Origin: an uncultured Chloroflexia bacterium
GTDB taxonomy: Bacteria > Chloroflexota > Chloroflexia > Thermomicrobiales > UBA6265
Length of the DNA: 64,000 nucleotides
Assembly: GCA_963724295.1 (NCBI GenBank)
Contig: CAVRUC010000001.1
Coordinates: forward strand, 64,001-128,000
Direction: 5' to 3'
Positions 20,762 to 29,520 of this stretch are shown here, piece by piece. Each line of letters opens with the position of its first letter. Within the stretch, counting starts at the first letter, position 1. A program made the position numbers and the translations under genes. The notes below the pieces were generated by a model. That model worked only from the letters and a program-made list of their open reading frames with translations, ran no database searches and was not told the DNA's origin.

Positions 20762-20778
20762 CGCATCTGTCGAGCCAC
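20762..20778 (-). promoter_or_regulatory. Weaker putative sigma54 promoter
   Basis: Minus strand GTGGCTCGACAGATGCG = GG-N10-GC, ~100 nt upstream of ATG 20659. Confidence 0.5.
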
Positions 20779-21289
20779 AGACATCCGGCGCGGCACCTAG
20801 GTGCTCTCCGAGCCGACTCGTGTCGATGAGGCGAGAGACACGATCATGGCTCTAGTACAACGATTCGGCTGTCACCGAATCCACGCCACACTGAGGGCGC
20901 TCGGCGCCACCGAAACTATGCACGCGCCGTGCCATCTGAGCCCTGGTAGCGAAGCCGTACGGCTGCCGCCAAGCGAAACGGTACAAGTGGGCTGCAGGGG
21001 CCTCAGCGACCTGCGATCAGGCTGATCCGGCGGCGAAGCCGGCAAACGCAACAGCGCCACTGTGAATTAGGATGGGGATCGCGCTGGTTGCCTACGACAT
21101 TGATGAAGGGCCTGTCGCGGCTGAGGTGGCGCACTGGCTACGGATCCATCGGATGAGCGCGAATCGCAAGAGCACCGATATCGAGTCTGCATCGCGCAAT
21201 CTCTTGCGCTCCCGCGCCCGCCATCAAGTACGCAACATATCCCAGGAGATCAGCACCCGGTGGAGAGAACTCGCATTGAAAACGTGTTG

Positions 21290-21391
21290 AACACATGCAG
21301 ACGCCCCGGACGGGGCCGGGGCGTCGCGGGATGGGTGGTCCGGTATGCGGACCGGGTCGACGATCGGGAGGGAAGGGGAACCGATCGACGA
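21290..21391 (-). ncRNA. Candidate three-hairpin small RNA
   Basis: Hairpin with pyrimidine loop (21357-21391), GGTCCG/CGGACC hairpin (21337-21353), terminator-like GACGCCCCGG/CCGGGGCGTC (21300-21325). Confidence 0.45.
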
Positions 21392-21537
21392 TGTAGGTAT
21401 GATCGGTCGTAGTGTCTGGCGGGCAAAGATCCGTTTGGGCCTCCGGATGGGCCCATTCGTACTCTGAGAAGCAGGACCCGACAGCTAGTTGACGTCACTA
21501 AGCTCCAGAAGGCTGAGGCGAGAGAAAGGACCGCGGG

Positions 21538-22674
21538 ATGGGCGTGTACGATCGACTCGGTATACGGCGGGTGATCAACGCGGACGCGACGTTGACCCGG
21601 CTCGGTGGGTCGCTCATGTCGTCCGAGGTCCTCGATGCCATGCGCGAGGCCGCGGGCAGCTTCGTCGACATGTACGAGCTGCAGCAGGTTGTGGGGAAAC
21701 GACTCGCCGAGCTAACGCGCAACGAGGCCGCATACGTCTCGACAGGAGCGGCCGCCGGGCTGGTGCTGGCCACCCTGGCGGCGATGACCGGGGGCGATCT
21801 GCCGACGATCGCCGACCTGATCGAGAGAGGGGAGGCACCGAGAAACGAGGTCATCATCCATCGCGCGCACCGTATTCCGTACGATCCGGCGATCCGGCTG
21901 GCGGGAGCGCGTATCGTCGAGATCGGCAATCGCCTGCAGACATTCCCCTGGGAACTGGAGGCGGCGATCGGTCCGCGTACGGCAATGGTTTTCTATTCCG
22001 CGGGCGTTCATCTCGCCGGTGGTGCGCTCCCGCTGGCAGAGGCAGTGGAGATCGCGCACGCCCACGGCGTCCCGGTGGTCGTCGATGCCGCCGCGCAGCT
22101 CCCACCGACGGAGAATCTGTGGCGGTTCACCCGGGAATTCGGCGCGGATCTGGCGGTGTTCTCGGGAGGGAAGGACTTCCGTGGACCTCAGGCCAGTGGG
22201 CTACTCGTCGGCACCGAAGCGATGATCGCGGCCGTCGCCGTCAACGGCTCACCCCACCAGCGACTCGCCCGCCCGATGAAAGTCGGCAAGGAAGAGATGA
22301 TCGGGCTACTTGTGGCGGTGGAGCGGTATGTCAATGAAGATTGGCACGACCGGGTGCGCCGTTATGAGGGAACCATCGAGCGCTGGATCGACCACTTCGA
22401 CGGCGTGCCTGACTTGGCCGCCTCGCGCGCCTTCCCGAACGAGGCCGGGCAGCCGACGCCGCGCTGCCGCATCACGTTCGCTCCCCACACCGGGTTGAGT
22501 GGCGCCGAGGTGGCCAGGTTGCTGTGGGAAGGGGACCCACGGATCGCCGTCGCCGTCGATGGACCAGAGGCAATCTCGATGACCCCCGAGCTTCTCGAGG
22601 AAGGTGACGAGTCGATCCTGTTCGACCGGATTGCTTCGCTCACATTGCAGCCAGCGGCCGCATCAGTCTCGTGA
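21538..22674 (+). CDS. SelA-like PLP-dependent enzyme (DgaE-related family)
   Basis: RRVINADATLTRLGGS, TGAAAG, VDAAA, FSGGK, RPMKVGKEE. Confidence 0.88.
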   Translation: MGVYDRLGIRRVINADATLTRLGGSLMSSEVLDAMREAAGSFVDMYELQQVVGKRLAELTRNEAAYVSTGAAAGLVLATLAAMTGGDLPTIADLIERGEAPRNEVIIHRAHRIPYDPAIRLAGARIVEIGNRLQTFPWELEAAIGPRTAMVFYSAGVHLAGGALPLAEAVEIAHAHGVPVVVDAAAQLPPTENLWRFTREFGADLAVFSGGKDFRGPQASGLLVGTEAMIAAVAVNGSPHQRLARPMKVGKEEMIGLLVAVERYVNEDWHDRVRRYEGTIERWIDHFDGVPDLAASRAFPNEAGQPTPRCRITFAPHTGLSGAEVARLLWEGDPRIAVAVDGPEAISMTPELLEEGDESILFDRIASLTLQPAAASVS

Positions 22675-22720
22675 TCTCAGGCCGTGTCGAGGTCGTGTAG
22701 GGACGAGGAGTGCCGAACTC

Positions 22721-24022
22721 CTACCGATCCGCGTCGTAGCGGGCCAGGATGAGGCACGCGTTCTGACCGCCGAGTCCGAACGCGTGCTTGGCGACCACGT
22801 CGATCGTGGCGGCCCGCGCGGCGCCATGGACGATGTCGAGACCGATCTGCGCGTCCGGCGTCTGGTAGTTGAGCGTGGGCGGAATGGTCTGGTCGGAGAT
22901 GGTACGCACTGCCGCGATCGTCTCCAGCGCACCTGACGCACCCATGCAGTGGCCGAGGGCGCCCTTCATGGAGGTGACAGGAATCGATGCGGCGCGCTCC
23001 CCGTAGATGAGGCGAATCGCCGTCGATTCGGCGAGGTCACCCGCGGGCGTCGAAGCCGCGTGGGCGTTGATGTGATCGACGTCCTCTGGGCTGACCCCGG
23101 CATCGTCAAGCGCGGAGCGCATGGCGCGGGCGCCACCCGTGCCGTCCGGCAATGGCGCAATCGGATGATAGGCGTCATTCGACGTGCCGAAACCGAGGAC
23201 TTCGGCGTAGATGCGTGCGCCGCGGTTCAGGGCATGCTCGAGATCCTCGAGGATGAGCATCGCGGCGCCCTCGCCCAGGACGAACCCAGCCCGTGAGGCA
23301 TCGAACGGCCGGCTGGCAGCACCTGGATCGTCATTGCTATCGGTCACCAGCGCTCGCATGACCGCGAAGCCTGCCGCGTACATGGGGTGCTTCGTCGATT
23401 CCGTCGCCCCGCCGATCATGATCGGCGCGTTGCCGTCCCGGACTTCTTCGAACGCCTCGCCGATTGCCTGGGCACCAGTGGCGCAGGCCGTGGTCAGCGT
23501 CAAGCTGGGACCGTTCATGCCGAAGCGGGACTGAATGCCATATCCGGCCAGGTTATGCGGGAAAGAGACGTGGAGATGAATGGGCACCCCACGTACGCCA
23601 CGCTCCTTGTACGACTCCCAGGCATCGAGAAAATCGTCGTGAACCCCGGCGCCGCAGGTCCCGATGACAGCGCCAGCGGTTTCCAGCGAGGTTGTTGGTG
23701 CAAGAGACTCACAGTCGATCAGCCCGGCATCCATCAAGGCTTCGCCGGCGGCTTCCACCGCCAGCCGTGCGAAGCGCGATGTGTTGCGAAGCGTCTTCCC
23801 CTCGAGGAACCGGTTGGGAACGCTCTCGTCATCGACATCACCGCGGATGGTGCAGTTGATGATGGCGGGATCGAGATTCTCGGCGGTACGGATACCGGAC
23901 TCACCGGCCAGCAACCGCTCCCACAGCTCATCGGCGCTGGGTCCAAGCGAGGAAACCGCCCCCAGACCAGTGACGACCACCCGGCGCTGCGGTCGCGGTC
24001 GATTCCGTTCGTATTGTGTCAT
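22721..24022 (-). CDS. fabF: Beta-ketoacyl-ACP synthase II family
   Basis: RVVVTGLG, TACATG, GFVLGEGA, INAHAASTP.GD, SMKGALGH, FGLGGQN. Confidence 0.88.
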   Translation of the reverse strand: MTQYERNRPRPQRRVVVTGLGAVSSLGPSADELWERLLAGESGIRTAENLDPAIINCTIRGDVDDESVPNRFLEGKTLRNTSRFARLAVEAAGEALMDAGLIDCESLAPTTSLETAGAVIGTCGAGVHDDFLDAWESYKERGVRGVPIHLHVSFPHNLAGYGIQSRFGMNGPSLTLTTACATGAQAIGEAFEEVRDGNAPIMIGGATESTKHPMYAAGFAVMRALVTDSNDDPGAASRPFDASRAGFVLGEGAAMLILEDLEHALNRGARIYAEVLGFGTSNDAYHPIAPLPDGTGGARAMRSALDDAGVSPEDVDHINAHAASTPAGDLAESTAIRLIYGERAASIPVTSMKGALGHCMGASGALETIAAVRTISDQTIPPTLNYQTPDAQIGLDIVHGAARAATIDVVAKHAFGLGGQNACLILARYDADR

Positions 24023-24113
24023 CGTGTCGGCCTCGGCATATTCGCGTTCAGATTTGGTATGGGGAGGAGTTCAACGCTCCACATCAACTCAAAAGTATGA
24101 TCGAAATCGTCAC

Positions 24114-24233
24114 GGGTGATGAGGGTGTCAGGGTGGTTACTCGCTCAGCGCCTGCGGACGCAAGTGGTGATCCGGTGATAGGGGAACGAAAGCAGACTCC
24201 CTATCACCCGATCACCTCATAACCCGATCACCC
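24114..24233. repeat. GGGTGAT-based palindromic intergenic repeat, copy 1 (inverted relative to copy 4)
   Basis: Reverse complement aligns with 26660-26770, including the core AGTCTGCTTTCGTTCCCC. Confidence 0.85.
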
Positions 24234-25009
24234 TCTCGATGACCCTTGTAACCAGCGTGGTACGTGGCGACAAAGCCATCGACCGTCCATGCCGCGCGAC
24301 CGACGAAGAGCCCGTCGATATCCGGGAGCGCGGTGAACGTGCCGGCATTGCCTGGGTCGACGCTGCCGCCATAGAGAATTGGAATCTCGGCGCCAGAGCC
24401 AGCGAACAGATCTTCGCAACCGGATCTGATGAGCCTGGCAATTGGTTCGACATCCCCGGGGCTGGCTGGCGTGCCGCCGGCGCCGATCGACCAGACCGGT
24501 TCATAGGCAATCTGAATGAGCCCCAGCTGCTCCGGTTGAGCGCCGTGCAAGCCGATCCGTAACTGCCGAAGTACCGTCTCACCGCCAACGTCGAACGATC
24601 GTTCCTCGGCTGTCTCACCGACGGCGAGCAGAACGCGCAGGCCAGCGTTGAGCGCCGCGAGCACCTTGCGATTGAGGTCTACGTCAGTTTCGTGGAAGTA
24701 GCGGCGTCGCTCGGCGTGACCCAACAGGACCAGATCGACGTCGAGGGCGAGCAGCATGCTCACCGAAATCTCACCCGTATAGGCGCCGTCGGGCGCCCAG
24801 TGGACGTTTTGCGCGCCGACCCAGATCTGATGTGGTGGCTGGCCAGCGACGTCTTTGACTGCCGATAGTGACGTGAACGGCGGAATGACAAAGAGATGCG
24901 TATCAGTGGCGATCTGGATCGACGCGGAAAGCTGCTGATAGAACGCCGCCGATTCGGCCGGCGTTTGGTTCATCTTGAAATTGGTGCCGAAGACAAACGG
25001 GCGAGCCAT
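24212..25009 (-). CDS. Triosephosphate isomerase family, TpiB/EryH-like
   Basis: GTNFKMN, FVIPPFT, GHAERR, AYEPVWSIG, LYGGSV, GLFVGRAAW. Confidence 0.88.
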   Translation of the reverse strand: MARPFVFGTNFKMNQTPAESAAFYQQLSASIQIATDTHLFVIPPFTSLSAVKDVAGQPPHQIWVGAQNVHWAPDGAYTGEISVSMLLALDVDLVLLGHAERRRYFHETDVDLNRKVLAALNAGLRVLLAVGETAEERSFDVGGETVLRQLRIGLHGAQPEQLGLIQIAYEPVWSIGAGGTPASPGDVEPIARLIRSGCEDLFAGSGAEIPILYGGSVDPGNAGTFTALPDIDGLFVGRAAWTVDGFVATYHAGYKGHREGDRVMR

Positions 25010-25014
25010 TAGGA

Positions 25015-25111
25015 GGGTGTTGGGGATTAGGTCATGGGGTGATAGGGAGAACGACAGGTTGTCTCCTATCACCCCATGACCACGAGCGGAGCGAGTAATC
25101 ACCCATCACCC
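25015..25111. repeat. GGGTGAT-based palindromic intergenic repeat, copy 2
   Basis: GGTCATGGGGTGATAGG...CCTATCACCCCATGACC stem followed by ACGAGCGG..GAGTAATCACCC as in copy 4. Confidence 0.85.
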
Positions 25112-25811
25112 TCCGTCGAAGATCGCGCGCCCGATGCGCACCGAGGTGGCCCCCTCCTCGATGGCTACGCGAAAGTCATCGCTCATCCCCATCGACAGCG
25201 TGTCGAGATCGACCGTGGAGTGCTCGCGTTGCAACGCGTCTCGCAATCCGCGCAGTGCTGAAAAGACCGGCCGGGTTTCTTCCGGGTCGGCGACCAGCGG
25301 CGCTATGGTCATCAGCCCATCGGGGCCGCAGCCAGGGTGAGCGTACCAGGAGTCGCATCAGATCTGACGCGGACTCGGGTGCGCAGCCCGCCTTCTGCGG
25401 TTCGCGCGCGACATTGACCTGGAGCAGCACCGAGACGGGCTCGCCACGGCGCTCGGCTTCTTTCTCGAGCACGTCGATCAGCGAGATGCGGTCGACCGAT
25501 TCGATGATGTCGAACAGCGCCATGGCCGGCTTCACCTTGTTGGATTGAAGTTGTCCAATCAGGTGCAGCACCGTCCCATCCGGCAGCGGCCGCAAGTCCG
25601 CCAGCTTGCGTTTGGCGTCCTGGACACGGTTCTCTCCGAAATGGCGCAAGCCAAGTGCGTAGGCCTCGTCGATGGCGTCCCGGTCGACGGTTTTCGTGAC
25701 GGCGACGATCCTCACATCTTCCGGCCGCCGGCCCGACGACCTCGAAGCGTCGGCAACCGTGGCGAAAACCTTCTCGACGCGAGCTCGCAACGAGGGTGAG
25801 CGAACACTCAC
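25106..25811 (-). pseudogene. yggS: YggS-family PLP homeostasis protein, apparent +1 frameshift
   Basis: VAVTK, FGENRVQ, IGQLQSNK in one frame; [24 protein letters not shown] in the next; removing one base of the G run at 25322-25325 joins them (likely sequence error). Confidence 0.85.
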
Positions 25812-25832
25812 CCTATCACCCTCGTTCACCCT
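25792..25832. repeat. Short copy 3 of the GGGTGA repeat
   Basis: 25-mer TCACCCTATCACCCTCGTTCACCCT identical to 26746-26770. Confidence 0.8.
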
Positions 25833-26674
25833 TCGTGGATCGAGATCATCGCGCCGAAACGCCCCGTCTGCGCGCCCTGACCGCGGTGGGAAAACCAGTG
25901 GTCGCCGTCGCATTTGGTACAGATGCCGCTCACCTCCATATTGGCGGCACGCACACCGGCCCGGTTCAGGAGCAGTGCGTTGGCCGCGGTCAACGAGAAC
26001 CGGTGGCGAAGGGGATCGGGCACCCGAAGAGTCTTGACCGGGGACGGGCCGCCCGTCGCCAGGGCCTCATCGGCGTCGGCTCCCGCTACCTGGCGCCAGG
26101 CGTCGACGACGTCTTCGCCCACGTCGTAGCAGCAGAGTCCAATGGCTGGACCGAGAACGACATGGACATCGTCGGTCCGTGTCCCAAAGGCAGCGGCCAT
26201 GACCCTAAGCGTTGCACCGACGATATTCGCGACGGTTCCTCGCCACCCAGCGTGGACAACGCCGACGGCCGGCCCGCGGCGCCCGGCCCCGGGGTCGACG
26301 ACCAGCACCGGCTGGCAGTCGGCATGCAAGGTCATCAGCACCGGTCCGACCTCGTTCGTCACCAACGCATCGCCGCGTCCGATTTGAGGCGATCCCGGTC
26401 TGGCGCCGTGCCCGGCGTGCGCCTTCGTGACGACGTGCACGTCTCGCCCGTGAATCTGACCCAGTGTGACCAGGTGCTCCGGTTCGAAACCCATTGCGGC
26501 GCACCAATGCCGGCGCATCGCCCAGGCGTCGTCCCGGTCACGAGGCGCGCTGAACCCGATGTTGCCATGGGCACGGCCCAAATCCTCGACGCGTCGGGTC
26601 AGCCCGTGCGCCACACCGGGAATCGACGAGAGCAGCTCGCTTTGCCAAGGCGCGACGGAGGGTGATGGGGTCAT
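25826..26674 (-). CDS. pgeF: YfiH/PgeF-family (laccase-domain) protein
   Basis: QIHG, GDALVT, ADCQPV, HAGWRG, GPAI..CCYDVG, CTKC...FSHR; next to yggS as is common; start approximate. Confidence 0.9.
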   Translation of the reverse strand: MTPSPSVAPWQSELLSSIPGVAHGLTRRVEDLGRAHGNIGFSAPRDRDDAWAMRRHWCAAMGFEPEHLVTLGQIHGRDVHVVTKAHAGHGARPGSPQIGRGDALVTNEVGPVLMTLHADCQPVLVVDPGAGRRGPAVGVVHAGWRGTVANIVGATLRVMAAAFGTRTDDVHVVLGPAIGLCCYDVGEDVVDAWRQVAGADADEALATGGPSPVKTLRVPDPLRHRFSLTAANALLLNRAGVRAANMEVSGICTKCDGDHWFSHRGQGAQTGRFGAMISIHEG

Positions 26675-26770
26675 AGGGTGATCGGGTGATAGGAAGTCTG
26701 CTTTCGTTCCCCCTATCCCCCTATCACCACGAGCGGCGTGAGTAATCACCCTATCACCCTCGTTCACCCT
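26660..26770. repeat. GGGTGAT-based palindromic intergenic repeat, copy 4
   Basis: Tandem 8-mers GGGTGATG/GGGTCATA/GGGTGATC/GGGTGATA followed by complementary TATCACCC units. Confidence 0.85.
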
Positions 26771-28425
26771 CCGATCTCCCGCGCGGCGTCGAAGATCATC
26801 TGATCGATAACGCGCTCGACCGGGGCACGGTCGTCGGTGAAGACCGAACCGCCGGCTTCCATCGCGCGGATGTTTCCCGAGGTCAGGCTCCAACCCGCGA
26901 CCTCGCGCACCGGTGATGCCTCGGGGAGGCGGTCGACGTTCTCGATGAGAGCATCGGCCGAGAGCGGCGATCGGCTCCCGACCAGGATCGTATTGGTGTA
27001 CCGATCGACGTCGACGGCCACGACGTGGGGAAAGACGTCGCGCATGGTGGCCGCGAGCGAGTCGACGAGCCGGAAGTCGGTGCGGGTGCGACCGGCATTG
27101 ACGACGGCCACACCGCCGGGCCGCAGGTGAGCGGAGACTTCCTGGAAGAACTCGCGCGAGGTCAGCTGGAACGGGATGTAGGGTTGGCGATAGGCGTCAA
27201 CGCCGACCAGATCGAATGTCGCATCGGAGGCCCTCAAGGCATAGCGGCCATCCGCGACGATGACGTCGACATTCTGGAGCTCATCCAACGCGAAGTATTC
27301 ACGGGCGACATCGTTGATCTCGGGGTCGATCTCGACGCCGGTGATCGGGATCGGACCGAAGGCAGCGGTCAGCTGCCTGGCCACCGTACCGCCCGCCAGG
27401 CCGATGAGGAGGACATCCCGCGGTGCCGGCATCCTCGAGGTTGTCGCTGGCGCCGCGCTCTCGACCATCAAGGGCGCGACCATGAAGTAATCCCAAGGGC
27501 CACCCGTGAGGAGCTGATCGGGATCGTAGACGGAATGGACGGCGTGGCCGTCGTTCAGGATGAGCGAGCGGCGCCCGTCTTCATCCACGACCTGAATGTA
27601 GTTATATGCGGACTCTCGCTCTTCGATAAGGACGCCACGATCGGGCGGCCGCACGCCCGGGGGCGAGGCCAACGCCAGCGCCGGAACGGCGAATGCAGTC
27701 AGTGCCGCCGCGAGAGCGAGCGGCCGGGCACGCGTCAGGACAAGCCCGGCTATCGCCGGAACGAGGAGCACCAGGCTGAGCGCGATGAACGTCGCGGCCG
27801 CACCGATCAGCGGGATCAGGACCAGCACTGGAATGAAGCTGCCGGTGATCGAGCCGATCGTCGAAAGCGCGTAGAGCGATCCCGCCGTCTTGCCGGCCGA
27901 CGCCACATCTGACAGCTCGAGGCGGATGGCAAATGGCGAGATGAAGCCAAGGAGCGTGACGGGAGGCGCCAGGAGAAGCAACGTTCCCGCGAGCGACCCG
28001 TAGAACGCGCCGGCGTCGAGCTCGCGAAAGGCCTCCAGCGATCCTGTGAGCAGTGGCCGCGAGACGAACGGGATGGTGCCGATCGCGACTGCCGCGAGCG
28101 CGGTGACCGCGTACAGCACAACCGGCTCCGGTCGCCGGTCGGCAAGTCGTCCCCCGAGAAAGTACCCGAGCGCGAGAAACGCCAGAGTCAACCCGATCAG
28201 CGACGCCCAGATGAAGGTCGAGCTGCCGAAAAATGGCGCGAGAAGACGACTTGCGGTGAGCTCGACGCCAATCGAGGCAAAGCCGCCGGCAAACACCAGC
28301 ACGTGGAGGAGCGGCGCCCCGGCAGCAACGCGCCGCTCCGCGCGGCCGCGCTCGGCGACCCTGTCATTTGCGTGAGGCGTACCCGCCTCGAGTCTGTCGA
28401 CCTCAAGGATTCCGGTTTCGACCAT
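26764..28425 (-). CDS. Fused membrane domain / spermidine synthase-like protein
   Basis: TM region with ASRLLAPFFGSS, AGSLYALSTIGS; SAM-type IGLAGG, GVEIDP, DGR, DAY, TDDRAPVE. Confidence 0.88.
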   Translation of the reverse strand: MVETGILEVDRLEAGTPHANDRVAERGRAERRVAAGAPLLHVLVFAGGFASIGVELTASRLLAPFFGSSTFIWASLIGLTLAFLALGYFLGGRLADRRPEPVVLYAVTALAAVAIGTIPFVSRPLLTGSLEAFRELDAGAFYGSLAGTLLLLAPPVTLLGFISPFAIRLELSDVASAGKTAGSLYALSTIGSITGSFIPVLVLIPLIGAAATFIALSLVLLVPAIAGLVLTRARPLALAAALTAFAVPALALASPPGVRPPDRGVLIEERESAYNYIQVVDEDGRRSLILNDGHAVHSVYDPDQLLTGGPWDYFMVAPLMVESAAPATTSRMPAPRDVLLIGLAGGTVARQLTAAFGPIPITGVEIDPEINDVAREYFALDELQNVDVIVADGRYALRASDATFDLVGVDAYRQPYIPFQLTSREFFQEVSAHLRPGGVAVVNAGRTRTDFRLVDSLAATMRDVFPHVVAVDVDRYTNTILVGSRSPLSADALIENVDRLPEASPVREVAGWSLTSGNIRAMEAGGSVFTDDRAPVERVIDQMIFDAAREIGG

Positions 28426-28610
28426 TGGGTGAGGCGAGTCCGTCCTGTTCCTTCGCGTTGGACGCGCTCCAGGAGCACGTTGCATCCGCCGGCTGGAGTA
28501 TAGTTCTGGTTCCCGCGAGTGGTATTCCCGAGTCGGCGCACGGCGGCGAAACCGAGAGTGAACGCGGCGCGTTGACTTTGATAGCACGGCGGTCTTGGGA
28601 CGTTCGTGTC

Positions 28611-28638
28611 TTGACATCGTCGCCGATGCGTGTAGGCT
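28611..28638 (+). promoter_or_regulatory. Possible sigma70 promoter for the small secreted protein
   Basis: TTGACA-16 bp-TAGGCT. Confidence 0.45.
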
Positions 28639-28748
28639 AGTTGGTAGCCGCATGCCGTGGGGTGGCTGAGGCGCGGCGGGACTCCGGGCGGGAAGCGCGC
28701 TTCCGCGCCAGCGGCAGGCACAGCGTGAGAGGGGAGGAACTGGATCCA

Positions 28749-29006
28749 ATGAAGAAGTTCATGAGCGGTCTTGCGATCGCCGCGATTGCCTCATCGGTCT
28801 TCCTGGGGGCCGCGTCGGCCCAGAGGGATGCAAGCGCTGGGAATGGCGGGGTTGTGACCTCTACTAGCGATGGCGGACCGGTCACGGTTGGTAATACTGA
28901 CAGCGGCAACGCCAGTGGTTCGACCACTGTTGTCAACGCTGCCGAGTTGGTGGGAACCGAGGATCTTGCAGCGGCGATCATCGCCCTGGTCCTTGCAGGC
29001 GGATAA
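28749..29006 (+). CDS. Small secreted G/S/T/N-rich protein
   Basis: Signal peptide MKKFMSGLAIAAIASSVFLGAASA; GGAGG RBS; terminator downstream. Confidence 0.75.
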   Translation: MKKFMSGLAIAAIASSVFLGAASAQRDASAGNGGVVTSTSDGGPVTVGNTDSGNASGSTTVVNAAELVGTEDLAAAIIALVLAGG

Positions 29007-29036
29007 ATAATCTGGTCCTTTTCTGCCGACGTAACA

Positions 29037-29071
29037 GAAGACCGGCCCGATGCGGGCCGGTCTTCTTCGTT
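29037..29071 (+). terminator. Rho-independent terminator
   Basis: GAAGACCGGCCC-GATGC-GGGCCGGTCTTC followed by TTCGTTTGTT. Confidence 0.85.
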
Positions 29072-29294
29072 TGTTGCACAGCGTCGCGGCTCACGTGTTC
29101 GCTGCCGACCATCCTCGTTGCCCGCGACCGCTCGCGTTACCTGCGTCCCGCCACTGCAGCTCACTCTGTTCTTTCGCAGGTTCAACTGCTGGTCCGCGGG
29201 CGTTTGCGATCGATTTCATTGGCACCCCACGTGAAGGCGCGGTCGCGCTACAGTCCTCGCAGGCACCAACGACCGCATTTCCGCCGATCACGCA

Positions 29295-29322
29295 ATTTCG
29301 CATAATTATAGTTATCCGCAAA
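29295..29322. other. dif-like Xer recombination site
   Basis: ATTTCGCATAA-TTATAG-TTATCCGCAAA: 11-6-11 layout, inverted arms with inner ATAA/TTAT, AT-rich patch in an intergenic gap between convergent genes. Confidence 0.65.
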
Positions 29323-29520
29323 CAAGATCGCAGGGGCGGAAATTCGGCCCCTAGCCGACCTGCTTGGTCGTCCGCTAGTTGAAGATCGTATCGGATCGCC
29401 CCATCCCTCGGCGGTTGAGCTTGTCAATGCGGGACGGCAGCGTCAGCCAGTCCACGGACTTAGGGACCGTTCGCGGCAAGCGGTTTCAAATCACCGGCGT
29501 CCGATCCTCGAACGATCTCC

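Noticed and set aside
12950..21500. Sigma54 block as a genomic island integrated at tRNA-Gly
   Set aside because: No integrase and no duplicated tRNA 3' end found by eye
24114..26770. Repeats as a CRISPR array
   Set aside because: Copies are degenerate, separated by whole genes, and no cas genes are present
29312..29320. TTATCCGCA as a DnaA box / oriC
   Set aside because: Single mismatched box with no cluster or dnaA nearby; better explained as a dif arm
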